From Lama guanicoe (Eukaryota), in contig MU053334.1 of NCBI GenBank assembly GCA_013239625.1, positions 693,190 to 757,189 on the forward strand: DNA of 64,000 nucleotides, read 5' to 3'. Below are positions 48,901 through 62,110 of this stretch, one piece after another. The translations under genes were made by a program, and so were the position numbers. Below the pieces are notes generated by a model. It ran no database searches. It had not been told where the DNA came from and saw only the letters and a list, made by a program, of their open reading frames with translations. The stretch's first letter is position 1. Each line of letters opens with the position of its first letter.

Positions 48901-51900
48901 AGGAGCAGGGCACAGGACAGTCGGCCGGCAGAAGGCGCTCCTCTGGTGGACAGGAGCAAGCTGTCCCGGGGACACAGCCGTGGCTCCAGTGGTCTGCACC
49001 GCACCCCGTGTCGGCGATTCTCAGGAAGATGGGGCAGCCTTGGCCCCGCGCACACGCTGAAGCCCCTCCGGTCCTCGGACGCCACACAGCTCGTCCAGAA
49101 AAAGGAAGGGACGTCACTGGGTACTAAATGCCCCACACTCTCCAGCAAAAAATTCCTCCAAGAGGACGCAGGGCCCTGGGGGGAGGGTCCCCATCAGCAG
49201 TGGGGGGAGTGAGCAGACAGCAGGGCCGCCTGGACGATCCACGGCCCTGATTTTCCTCTGCTAAGCCCTTTTGTGTTTGCTCATCACCTTCGACAGCTTG
49301 GAGAAAGCAAGGGCAGCAAGACTGGGAAGACGGCAGCGAGGGACACATTCTGCGGGGAAGGTGGGTCAGTGGAGGCTGGGCTATGGGCCCACGAGCATCC
49401 ACTCAGAGGACAGGCGTTCCCTGAGTGACACTGAGAAACACTACTCCGGGCTCTCCACGTTCCCCACAGCCTTGGAGACCGGACGCAGACCCGCAGGGCC
49501 CTAGGCAGCGCGGGAGCTCCGTCTGTCCCCATGGTCCTGCTCAGGCCACACCCAGAGCCACACACACAGGGCCCACACCCGCGCACCCGCACACAAGCCC
49601 TCTGCACTCTGTCCCACTGCCACGGCTCCGGTCTCCTGGCACACGGAGCTGCTCTGGGCTCCCGGTCCAGCTCTCAGCACAGCCCCACACTCTCCCCTCG
49701 GCAGCAGAACCCATGCCCGCGGGAAGTGCAGCAAACCAGGGGGGGCTGGGGGCCGTGGAGACAGCCCACTTTGGCTGGGTTCCAGCACCTCTGAGGTTCT
49801 GCCTGCTCTTACCTGTCTCTTTAAGAATAAGCTCTATCATCTTAGTACTTGGGATTTAATACCCTTAGAACAGAAAGAACTCCTGCCAGTCAAAAGAAGC
49901 CGGACCACTCGGCAAAGACCAGGCTGACGAGTCACAAGAGCAGGAGGCAGGGGCTGCGCACCGGGGAACATCACCTGCTCCTGCCCTCCCGCAGGGGCAG
50001 ACTAACCAGCACCCTCCTTGCCTGCTTGGCAACGGCCTTCCAAGAAAGAGCACCGCGGCGCCCAGCCAGAAGCACGGGGTGAGCAGACAGAGCCCCGGAC
50101 GCGCCGCGGCTGCAGAGGCCCTGGCCAGCCCGCTCTCCGAGCCCACAGCGCCCTTCTAGAACTCCACCTGATGGCACGCCAACGCCGGGCAGGGTGGCCC
50201 ACCTGCAGGGCTGTGCAGGACGCACACAGCCTGGAGACGCCGAGCACCCAGCCATAGCCAAACAGCCGCCGAAAATCCCCTGCTCAGAGGCCACACTGCT
50301 GGGGAGGGCATGCACAGGGTGCGAGAGCAGCTCCAAGCGGGAAAACTGTTGGGGAGACCAAGTCGCTTACGCTTCCCGGACCGCTTCCCCTTGCTGGGCC
50401 CTGAGGCCGAGTTCTGGGGGCGGGCGGCCCGCGGCGTCGGAAGCTTTTCAGAAGTGTTTGTCACTGAGATCGTGGAGTCCTCAGCCTCTCTGGGTGTCCA
50501 GCTAGCCTCAGCCTCCCCGTGCTTGGGCTCCCCTCCCCACAGGCCTCAAAGCATGCTGTGCACAGGGACGCTGTGTCGGCTCCAAAGGGAGCAGCCAGGA
50601 GAAAGGACGAACGCACTGGCGCCCACTCTGGGGTTGTGGGCCCAGCCCCCACGGTGGCCCCCGGCCCATACCTGTCCCGTGTCTCCCCGTGTGTCTCCAC
50701 CCAGCTGCCTGGGAAGCGCGACCACGCTGCCCTGAGGGCCCCCTCTGGCCTGATTCTGTGGCTGTCTCTGCCCATGACCCACACACAGGATGACAATCAC
50801 CAGCACAGAGACCACAGACCACAGGCAAGGCTGGGGACAGCCTGAGTCAGGGTAGTGACCACTCAGGGCCCATCCCGAGATGCTGGTCTCGGCCTGGCAG
50901 GGCCGACACCTGGGCAGGGTCATTCCCGAGGCGGGGGGTCTTGCTGGCACCACAGGATGCCCAGCAGCGTGCCCGGCCTCTACCCACCCTGGCCCTGCAA
51001 CAGCTCCAGCCCAAACTGCCTCCAGGCCCTTCCTGGAGACCCTGGAAGGGGAGGTGACTCCAGGCAGCCCGCTCCACGGAATGCAGCGAGGGCAGGACCA
51101 GGACCAGGTCCCGAGAGGCAATGCACCAGGCCCTGGGGAGCCAAACATGGGCGTGAGCCAGGGCCTGCCTTTTGGAGGTGCAGCCTGGTCAGAAAACCGA
51201 CTTGCTGCTGCCAGGTTCCGTGGCCCCAGGCCTCGTCACAGTCCCGGAGCAGGGCCCGGGAGATGATCCGAGAAGAGAGCTCGAGCTCAGGGCAGCCGCC
51301 TCAGGCCTCAGCGCCCCGCCGGCTCCCAGTCTCCCACCCACCCCTCCTCTTCCGTGCCTAACAGTGCTGACACAACAGAAGGACATAAGAAAAAGCCAGC
51401 CTTGCCTGCCTGCCCCTGGGACCAGGCGCCTCTACGTGGACTAACTGCATTGCTGGCCATGCTGGCCACTCAGCAAGGCTCCCTCCCCTTCCCTAAGGAG
51501 GAAACAGGGAAGAGGGGACATAAGGGACTTCAGGCTGGGCTAGTGCCAGGCCTGTCTGTGTGCACCCCCCCCCACCTCCCAGTGCCCCCATAGCTGTCAG
51601 GAAGGCCACGCTGAGATAAAGCTACAGTTCTGGGGACGTCCAGCTATCTCCCATCTGCCTGCAGTGCCCTCTGCCCTGTGCGGCCAGGGGGACCCCACTC
51701 AGTAAACACCACTCCCGGTCCCCTCCCCAACCCTGACCGAGGGCCACTGGGCCAGCGTCCCCACTCTTTGAATCAGATAAGAGTCTGTTTTGATGAGAAG
51801 CCGAGGAACCCAACCAGCATTAAGCAGCCCACTGGGGTACAGAGAACGGGGTGAGCTGCCCACAGAGAGGCTGACCCAACCACAGAAGAGGGCACAAAGG

Positions 51901-53837
51901 TCTCCGAGCGGGCAGAGATGCCACAAGCGCCGTCCAGCAGGAGGAGGCCGGCCACGCTGCAGCCACTTTGGTGAGGCCTCTACTCTTTCCTTTCACTCAG
52001 AAGCCTTGGCTGCTGAGGGCAGTGTGCCCACCCACAGACTGGGGCAACGAGGGCCAGGAGCAGGATGCTGGGACTGCAGGCGTGCATCCCCTGGGCCATG
52101 CTGAGGACCTGTGCGGGTGACACCCGCCAAGCCAGGATGCAGGGAAACACAATGAGCCCACGCTCAGCTGGAGAACCCAGCATGGACCCCTCATTTGCAG
52201 CCCGGCTGCACACCAAGAAGGTGCCCTCCCCTCAGGAGACAGGGCCAAGCATCACATCGCAGAGGAAGGAACTGGCCTGCAAGAAGAGGCTCTGCCCTGG
52301 GGTCGACCCCTATCAGCCTGCTAAGCTGCCCCAGCCTGCTTCGTTCCAGGGGGCGGGTGGGATGGAGGAAGGAGGTGGTCCAAGCCTGCCAGGCCCTAAG
52401 GCCTTGTGCTTCAAGGATGAGTCTAAAATGGGATCAGTCAGAAACACCCCTCGCTGCTCCCCAGAGACACTGCCAAGAGAAGCAAGCGCAAGGTGAGGGC
52501 AGGCACGGTGGCAGGACTAAGCTGGCTGAGCACGTGTCCATAAGCGGCGCCAGCACCACGGGCAGGGGCGCAGCACACTCGGGGTCAGACATCTCCGTCG
52601 GCATGCGACCTCATTCTGAAAGCAGGGTCTCCTTTCAGGGTCCGTCCTTGGACGGACAGGGCACTGAGCATGGCCTGAGATTCCCCCATGAGCCAGGGCA
52701 TGGAGGGGGAGGGCAGAGGGAGGAAGCCCGAGAGGCAGCATCGCGATACAGCAGCCCACGAAGTCAAAGGGAGAAAGAGGCATGCCGGCTGGGGGGCATC
52801 GAGGGCCTCCTGGGGGAGGAGGTGGGCTGGGGAGCAGGAGCCTGGCTCGGAACCAGTGCCCGTGAGCTCACAAGGGAAGCGTGTCGGGAACTGGGAGAGA
52901 GAGTGGACCTGTGTGCAGAAGCCTGAGGGCAGGCCGGAGGCAGAGAGCTGCACCCAGCAGGGAGGTGATGGGAGCTACCATTCTAGTTTCAAGCTCTGCT
53001 GTGGGAAAAACAGCCAGTCAAGCAGGCAGAGGGAGGGCAGGAAGAGGGGCTGCCCTAACCCACGAAGGAAAGATGCACAAGATGGGTGCAGGAGAAGACA
53101 CCACTTTAAAACGAGAAAACAGTGTCGATGATGAAAAGCCCACCAGGCAAGGCCAGACCAGAGCTGATGCCTCCCGGCACCCCGCCCCCGCCATCCCATT
53201 CGGGCTCCGGCCCTGGGAACAGACTCTCCATGGAGAAAGTGCGGCGACGAGAGCCAGCCACCACGGGACCTCCCATCCCAAAGGCGGCAGTGCCTTCAAT
53301 ACCTGCCAATGGTCACCAGATTGGGGAGGAGACACGAGGGGGCCCTGGCAGCTCCCACAGCACCCAGGCCGCACCCTCCCCGCCACCCCAGGGTCAGCGT
53401 CAGCAGAGGCGCTGGCGTCCGGCAAGGAGATCGGTGGGGCAGGATGGCGGCACCGGGACGGGGCACGTGGTGGACAGCAGGCAGCATCCAGGGTGCCAAG
53501 CCCCAACCCGTGGGCGCCCTGGGCTGTAGCAGCCAAGCCATCGCGGGAGGCCCCACTGGCACCCTATCCCCGCGCAACAGCAGCACTCGGAGAGCTGGGC
53601 GGGGGAGCACTCGGAGACAGGGACAAGGTGGCCGGCAGGACGCCAGCCCACGGAGCTCCAAGGCTGCAGCACTGCAGAGGGAGGGCAGGGACGGCAGGAG
53701 GGGCAACCTCCAGGCCCTCCCCAGGGGGAATTCCAGAAACGAGGTCTTGAACCAGGGCCGGGGCTGAGCCTCACCTCAGCTTGCAGGAGGACACCTCACA
53801 AACCCACCTGCGCCACCGGCCAGGGAAGGTGACCGCT

Positions 53838-53925
53838 CAGCCCATTTCACAGACGACAAAACCAAGGCTCAAGGAAGTGAAACAGGACACCTAATGAAGC
53901 TGCAGTTGGGATTCAAACACTAAAC
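53838..53925 (-). mobile_element. MIR SINE fragment
   Basis: cccatttcacagacgacaaaaccaaggctcaaggaagtgaa...gggattcaaac resembles the MIR core. Confidence 0.55.
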
Positions 53926-54269
53926 CACCTGGCCTCCAAGCCTCATTCTCTTTAACACCTGTGCAGAAAAGTCACCTGCCTCCAGACCAGAGGCCCTGAG
54001 CTCTGAGCTGTGGTGGACGCTGGGGTCCCGGCAAGACCTGGCCTGGGATTCCCAGCCCTCTCACCTCCCCACATGTGGGAACCCTCAGCAGAGAGAAGGG
54101 TCTGTGCCCTCCCACCCCGCCCCTGACCTGACTCTGGGAGGCCCTGGGACCTGCCTGACCAACAGAGAGCAGCAGAGTGATGCTCTCATCTTCCAGCAAC
54201 GTCCACTGTGGCCGCCCTGGCCCGAGGGCTCCCTGACTAGAGCCAGCAGGCCACGTGCAGAGCCCTAGA

Positions 54270-54728
54270 GCTGCGGTGCCCAAGGTGGGGTCCAGGGGTC
54301 CCTAGGGCTCCCCAAGGACCCTTCTTAAAACTCTTCTCATGGTAACGCAAAGACGTGACTTGCCTCTTCGACTCTCGCTCTCTCACAGGGTCCGGGAGAG
54401 CTTTCCAGAGGCCCAGACGTGTAAAATCACATCACAAGGAACACAGAGGCAGACAGAAGGATCCAGCCCATGAGCTCTGCAAAGAGTCATACTCTTCCTC
54501 CCACCTTTTTTCATTCTGAAAAATACAGTCATTTTTTACTTTAAACGTTACTGACGTTAACGTATGCTGGTGTGACTATTCTCTCTAAACAAACTAAGCA
54601 GTGTTTTTAAAAATTTCTTAATTTAAATTTCTAATATGGTAAAAACTTCTGATCACCACAACCCACACAAACCTACCAATTTCTGAGAATGTCGAGGGCC
54701 CCAAGACCAAAAGCTTGAGAACCCTGTT
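54270..54728 (+). mobile_element. hAT-Charlie (Charlie1-like) non-autonomous element
   Basis: Termini gcggtgcccaaggtgggg and ccaaaagcttgagaaccctg, with an AT-rich interior (aatttaaatttctaatatggtaaa...acccacacaaac). Confidence 0.6.
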
Positions 54729-57629
54729 CTAGACGGATGGAGCCCAGGTGCAGAGAGACCACTGGGGAAGGGGAGGCGTGACCTCGCCCATCATCCCACA
54801 GAATCGGAAGAGGTAGAGGTCCTCGTCTAGAGACATTAGTCTGGAGATGATGTTGTGGTCCAGGCACCTCCCAACGTCCAGGCCAGAGAGAGCCCCGCAG
54901 ATCCCGGGATGGGATGTAGGACACACGTCCGCACCCCGGCTAAGGCGCCACGCTCTGCTGGGAATTGAAATGGCCAGCCACTCAAGTGCGTCCTCACCAC
55001 CACCTGAGGGGACATGGCCCTGCAAGGCTGCCATCAGAGCTCCCACTCAAAGGGCCACATCTCGGTGAGGCTGACCGCGTCACAGACAGCAGAGGCCGAC
55101 TGTGCACCCACAGGGTGACAGGAGTAGAGCTGTGGGTGATTATGAGTTCACGTACACTTTCCAACCTGACTTACGCAGTCTTTTTAGTTTTACTTTATAT
55201 TGTATCCTTCTAACATCAAAATCATAGTTACTAATGATACTGACGTATTGATTTTCTTCAAACCTACAACACTCATAAAATAGTCCCCAAATCGTGGGAC
55301 CAGCATGACTTTTAACACCACCCTGAGTCGTTGGACGTCTTTCTGAACCCCTACTACAGCGGCTCGCGTGCCCCAGCTCTCTGTCCTCCCTCCCTGTTCA
55401 CCTGCAGTCCTTCCTCACACCTCTACTCAGAGCAGGTGCCCTGCATCCTCTGGCTCACACCCACACTTCACGGCACCACACAGACTAACTGCCTGGTCAC
55501 AAGTGGCACCAGCACACTGTACAGGGTGGACCTGGGGGTCGTGCTGGGAAAGAGACCAGGTGCAAGGCTGCCCAGAATCAGACCCACAGACGAGCTGCCC
55601 CCACTGGTCTCACCCCTGAGCTCACTCGCTGGCCCGCCCAGGGCCGTGGGCCTCTGGCTCCCACTCGGCCAGCTGGCACCACATCAGGTTCTTCCAAGGT
55701 CTGGGGCCCAGTCCCAGCAGAGCAGGGTCTGGACACTTCAGTGGAGGCCAATGGAGCTCTGGAGGTGCGGTTCCCAGGGGCAGCACACTCAACCCCATGC
55801 AGACACTGGAGGGGAAACGTTTCTCGATCCCGGAGGGGAAGGACGGTACACCCCCCTGCTTTAGCACACTGGCCTGCCTTCTGGGGGAGAAAGTGCATCC
55901 CTCCATGGGAGCCCCACTTCCTGCCACCCCGAAATGCTCAATCAACACTTACCCAAAACCACCCCCACCACCCAACACAGCAGCAACACTCCAGACCGAA
56001 CAGAGCGACGTAACTGTGGTGACTCTACCCCCAGCACCCCTGTGGTGAACACGCAGACACCTGCAGGGAGGCAGGGGATGAATGCTCCACCCCAGGTACC
56101 TGCATGACAGCTTGTTCTCACTAGAGAAGAAAACCAGGTGACAAGGAGAATGTGGCCACAGCCCAGGGCCACACGGTTCCACACAGTCCCATGGATCCCA
56201 TGTGGCCCAGATGCCCGCCAACCACCTTCTCCTCTTCTCCTCAAGCACCCACTTCCTATCCTCCAGTCCAACTGGTCCCACTTCCACGTCCCCAGGCCTG
56301 TCCGAGGGGACAGCACAGAACACCCGCGGGTGCGCCCCAGCCAGGAGAAATCCTGTGCAGAAAGGAAAACAAACACGAGGAAGACAAAGAATGGGAGGCC
56401 CTCTAGCCAAGGCAGCCCGGAATGCCACCTCCCCTTCCGGACAGGGCCGCTGCTGGCGGGGACACACACACAAGTCACCACTGGGGACTGAGACCAGCTT
56501 CCCACAGAAGCACAGAGGGCAGATGTCTCGCCGAGCAGACCCACCCCCGGGCCCAGCCTCCCTCAGTGGAGCCACAGGAGCACGCCCATGACAGAGCCCA
56601 GGATGTGGGGTCTGGGGGAGTCCAGGTCTCCAGGACCACTTGAGGAAGACGGAGGGGATGGCGGGAACACTCACCCTGGCATCCCTGGAGGTGGCCTCCG
56701 GCACCCCCTTCCCAAATCAGCCTCACCCCTCCAGGAGGCGCCCCCAGAGCTGACAACAGCCTGGTCGGATCAGCGAACCCCTCCCAGGCCACCACTATCT
56801 CCCGACAACACGGTCTGCAGCCAGGCACCCCCGCACCACCTGGCTTTTCCAGCATCCTGGAGGAGAGGCCTCGGAGAGCTGGCAGCGGGCAGTGACACCT
56901 GGCAGTGAGGACAGGGGGACCAAGGCTGGAAGTAGGGCACCACAGCTGCCTCAGGAGTGCCTGCCAGGAGAAGGGCAGCCCCGCTCACCCCCCGCAGGGC
57001 CTCCTGCGGCGCCTTCAGTGGATTCGTGTCCTGCCTGTCCCCTGCCAACAGCACAGCTCTGGGGACACTTTGCAACACGGCTACCAGCAGATACGCCAAG
57101 CAGGAGGACAGACGAGAAACAATGTGCTGCCAAAAGTGTCCAGGCACTCGGGGCTCATCCTACAAAGGGCTCTGTGTGACCCTGTTCTCTTTAAAGGGCA
57201 TCTGAATGGACCCCAGCCCGGGCAAGCACGGCCACAAGTCAAGGCCCCAGTGGGCACCTGTGTGGAGAGCCGCTGTTCCTGGATGTTCTCCCGCCATCAG
57301 GGTTCCCAGCTCCCCTGCACCCTCCTAACCACCCACCCAAGCCCACCACCCCACCTCACTCACTCACCTTCCCCAGCCCGACAAAGCTGAAACCGTGTCT
57401 TCTCCATCTTGGACGCTTTGATCTCCAGCACAGGGCCTGGCCCACGACAGACCCTGAACACAGTCGGGACCAGAGGTCTCCCGGTGGGAAGTGGGCCAGC
57501 TCGCTGCCAGAAAAGGCTGGGTCATGTCCCTATCTTTCAGGATCAGCAAAAAGCAGGAATAATCCAGATGCCAATGGGGAGACAAAATACACCTATCTCC
57601 ATATGCTGGAGTATCATTTGGCTAAAATA

Positions 57630-57975
57630 AGGACCGCTGATACGTGCAACAACAGGGATGAACTTTTAAAACCTCAGGCGAAGTGAACCAGCCACAAAAG
57701 ACCACGTGTTGTGATGCCGTTCGATTCCCACAAGAAATGCCCAGAACAGGCAAATCTGTAGAAATAGAAAGTAAACTAGTGACCGCCCAGGGCTGGGGTC
57801 GTTGCGGGGGGCCACTTCAAAAACGGGCACAAGGTTTCTCTCAGGGGTGATGGCCACGTTCTCAAACTAAACTGGTGATGATCACACGACTTGGTAGCTT
57901 TCCTAAAAATTACTTAACTGTACGCTTGAAGCAAGCAAACTTCACGGCTTATAAATTATACCTCAAAGCTGCAGA
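57630..57975 (+). mobile_element. L1MB-like 3' end fragment
   Basis: tgcaacaacagggatgaac...ccagaacaggcaaatctgtagaaatagaaagta...ggtgatg...gttctcaaact...aaattatacctcaaagctg. Confidence 0.7.
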
Positions 57976-60900
57976 CCATGTTGTCAGGAGCTACTGGTGG
58001 CCTTGGAGGGGTTCGTTGGTCCAACCAGGCTGTTAAAAAACAAGTCTAGAGACTCAAGCCAGTTCAGTCTGGGTATCCCCATAATCGGATTTGATTGGCA
58101 GCCACAACATCCTCCCCAGAGGCGATATGCAAGAAAAAGAAAGTCATCCACACCCCAAATGCCTGCAGAGATGCCATCTGCAGGATGTGGTCCCCTCCGC
58201 CTGAGCACAAGATGCCTGAAGGCCAAGATGGGCGGGCCGAACACCCCGCGGCATGGAGCAGAGCCTTGTCAGCTGCCCACGAGCACCAGCTTCCGTCACC
58301 CTCTGTGAGACCGCCAGTCCTGCAAGCTTATCTCCTTCTGCCAGAGCCAGAGAGTGCTAACCTCCACCTTGCCCCACCCCATCCGCAGCCTGGGGGAGAA
58401 GAGAGGCACGGAAGTCATGGTAGGGTGCCGCCCGGGAAGGGGGCTCTGCAGGGCCCCACCCAGGGCCAGCAGAGGGCTGGTCCGCTCCTGCCAGCTGGAA
58501 GAGGGAGGAGGTGTGTTTCTCCTCTCTGGCAGCCCGGGTGCTTGCAGGGAAACTTCCGGACTGCTCTTTGCTGGGCAGAACTTGAACTGCACTTCAGTCA
58601 TCCACTCACAGGGCCTGTCGCTGCCCGTTAAGGACCAGATGGCAGCTTGCTCTGGACCACCACCCCGCCCCTGCTCCCACAGCATCTCCCAGGGGCTGGC
58701 TTCCTCCCGCCCTGTCGCCTGTCATCCACAATGGCCAGGACTACAGGGGTGACCTACAGAAGAAGTGGGAACCCTCTACAGGTTGGAAATTACTTTTGCA
58801 AAAAAAAAAAAAAATGACTAGGCATCTCCTCCTACAGCCAGCTCAACGCCAAGCGGAGAAAAAGGCGCTGAAGCAGATGGACACAAGCTGCCCGTTACAA
58901 AATTCTTCTCCCAAGAAGCCCCAGCAAACTCCCGCACAAGTCCTAACACGCTGGCTTTACTTCTGGCCTCCCTGGCGGGTTTCCTGCGGGACCTCCCTTC
59001 CCCGGCCGCTGCAGGGAGAGACAAAGCTGCCTGCACTGCTCAGCACGGCCCTCAGTGAGACCGGCTGCGGTATCACTCCAACATCTGGGCACCGTGCTGT
59101 GGGTCGTGATAGTGATCACTGTCAGGAGAGGGAGGACGGCGCACTGCTTGCTACCACAGCTAAGTCTACGCTTCGTCACCTGAGATGAACTAATGCAGAG
59201 AAACTCTTTCTTTTAAAAAAAAGTACAAAAAACACTTAAAATGTGAGAATTATATTCCAAATGACCTGGTTGACAGGGTATAGTGTTGAATTAACAAAAA
59301 TGTCAAAAAACAGTTAAAAAAAAAACCCACACATTTCCTCAATCCTTCCAGGCTGAAACCTGGCCAAGGATTAAGGACAAGCGAAGCCACAGCAGCAAGC
59401 ACGGAAAGGGCACCCGGCAGGAGGCGGCTCCGCGCAGCGCTGCTGGGGCTCTCCTGTCCAGGCAGGCGGACGGCTCGGGGCAGGGCGGGCTGGCGGGCCC
59501 GGGGCCTCCACTGTGCCCTCACTGCAGCTGTGAGTCTGGGCCTGAGAACCCCCGCACTCCATGGAGACCCTCAGTACACACAGGGGAGGTGAGAGGGCCA
59601 CTGCAGTGTCCTGACACCCCGGGAACAAGCTCTCAAGAAGATGAGAACTTGACCACTGAGGTCGCACCACTGTTTTTTTTTTAAAGAGGGGAGATTCACA
59701 ATTAAAGAATTGTTAAGGAATTTATGATTCATAAAGGCTGATCTGCAATCCACTAAGTTTAAAAACACATGCACAAGGATGCCCAAACTCCATCCTCACC
59801 TCTCTTCCGAGCTGTCTGGCCCACTTTTGGAACAGACTATTTCACAGCCAGGCAGCAGCGAATGCTCCTTCCCTTGCCAGAGACCACAGGAGACGCAGCT
59901 CCAAGCCTTGTCCCTTTCCAAGCTGTATTCCTCCAGCACCTGGACAGCCACCCCCCACCCCCCCAGCATGGGGCCCATGAGGTAAGTGCTCCGCTGACCT
60001 TACCCAGACGACCGCCTGGCTGCCAAAGTCTTGACAAGGGCCTCAAGAATCAGACCCTCATGAGCCCAGCTGTGGGAGATTTCTGCTTGTCCACAATGAT
60101 GACGGTAAAGTGCACAGAGAACAGACCTCGGTCAGCTTCCAGGCACAGAGTACCTGCTTCTTAGGGACACGAGCACATGATAATTACACACTGACAAAAT
60201 ACAACCAGCTGCTTCCTCAGCAGTCCAAGTGGCACGGTCGATCCTTCCGACACGGAGCCCTGTGAACTCAACTTGGCCAGTCAATTGTCTGCGTCTCTGA
60301 AACAGACTCACAGGGTGGCCAGGTTGTCTCCAACGCAATCCCACCAATAAATGCAGAAAGGAAGCATCCAGGATTCAAAATAAAGCAAGCACAGCTGTCT
60401 GCCCTCAATTCTCGGTGACCGTGGGTTACAAAAGCCTCCTACAAAACATCTCTCCTTAGCAACAGTGGTCAGCATTCACCAACATCAAGCACCGTGCTAA
60501 AGGCTTTTCTCTGTCACCTCAGTTTACCCTTCCACAAGGCTACACTGTGAGTGCTACAATTTCCACCTTACACATGAATTTCTTCTTTCCAGATGACTTT
60601 TTAAAAGCAGGTCTGGAGAAGAAGCGATCACCTAAGGTCACGGTTAACAAGCTGCAGGGCTGGGATGGCAGCAGTGCTGAAGCCAGGCCACGTGTCCTGC
60701 CCCATGGCTGGTCCCTGCATCACCCACACACTTCCCTGACCCCTGCACTCTGGCTCCGGGACTACCCCTGCCATACTCAGCACGTCTCTTTTGGCCTCGT
60801 GGTCCATCCTCATGCAGCTTGTTCCCCTCAGACACACTAGACTGCACCCAACCTGCAGGCAAAGACGGGTCTAATTCAACTCCTTGTTGTCCTGACAGCA

Positions 60901-61289
60901 ACCCCCACTCTGCCTACGAAGGCCTTACAGACACTGAAACGAAAGGTACAGCAGATCTTTCACCTCCCTCCCAGGACCTCAGTGTCTCCACAAGCCCTTC
61001 CACCAGCCCAAAGCCAACAAAATAGCAGCAGCTCCCTCACTCCCACCCCGAGACCCTGGAATAATTAACCTGACTCCAGGGGGTACTATTCAAATCAGAG
61101 GTAAGCACAGATGTAGAAGGACCACGCTACTGGGGGGAAACTGCCTGCCCTTCTCGTTTCTCCAAAAGAAATTAAACTAAAAAAGAAAAAAAAAAGGATC
61201 GCTTTAGCCAGAACAACTTGTTGAAAACGACGTGACGTTCCGCATGTTTACCTAACTTCCAGCAAGCTCAACACAAAGGCAACGGGAGG

Positions 61290-62110
61290 GAAGCCCGGCC
61301 CGCGGCCCCGGTGCCGATGCTTCCTTCCTACCCCGCCCTGCGGCCGCCCGCCGGCCCGCGTAGACTCCGATCGCACCCGCCCGGCCCCGCCAGCCTCGCC
61401 CTGCTCTCCCTCCTCACCCGAGCCCCGCGGACGCGTTAGCACAGCTGAGTCGTTTTGCTTCTTTCCCCTCGTTTTTAAGAAACTCTTCTCTGCCGGCGTC
61501 AAAGTTTCTTCCAGAAGCAAGTTCCCTGCGGCGATCAGCGAGAGCAGCCGCAGTCCGACCTCCCCGGCCGCCCGACACCCAGCGGCGAGGTGTGGCCGGC
61601 GCGACCTGGGCCGGCCCCCGGGACGCGGCGGCCCCGCGCGGGCGCCGGCGCTGCAGGCCGGCGCGGCCCTGCTCCGGTCCCGGCGCCGCGACCCCGCTCT
61701 GAGGAGCCGCCAACCCCGCGCCGCGACCCCGGGGGACGCCCCTCGCCGGCCCGGCCCGCTCCGCCCGGGCCCGGTGCCCTTGACCGGAGCAGCCCGCGGC
61801 GCGCCCCGTCGCCCTTCCCGCGGCCCGCCCCGCCCGCCCGGCCGCCCGACTGCCCGACTCACCCCATGAGCCAGTCCATGGCTGCGCGGGGCCCGCCGCG
61901 CCCGCCGCCCGACTCGCTCGGCCCTCAGCCCGCGGCGGCGGCGGCCGGAAGTAAACACTCGCTCGCTCACTCCCACACGCGCGCCGCTGGCGCCGCCGGA
62001 AGTGACGCGCAGGGCGCCGCCTGCTGGGAGATGTAGTCCCGGTGGCCCCGCCCACTCGCCTGCGGCGCCCGGGTCCCCGGGGAGCTGTTCCTTCGCAGCC
62101 CGGCTGTCCC
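61290..62110. promoter_or_regulatory. MOB2: CpG island and MOB2 main promoter
   Basis: Very dense CpG. ETS sites CCGGAAGT at 61945-61952 and 61996-62003, ZNF143/THAP11-type ACTACATCTCCCAGCAG on - (62021-62037), GC box at ~62044-62053. Confidence 0.92.
61863..61879 (-). CDS. MOB2: MOB2 first coding exon, short isoform MDWLM(G)
   Basis: gcagccATGG Kozak context; ATG GAC TGG CTC ATG GG|GTgagt; phase 2 joins exon 2 to give MDWLMGKSKAKPNGKK, the recalled MOB2 N-terminus. Confidence 0.93.
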
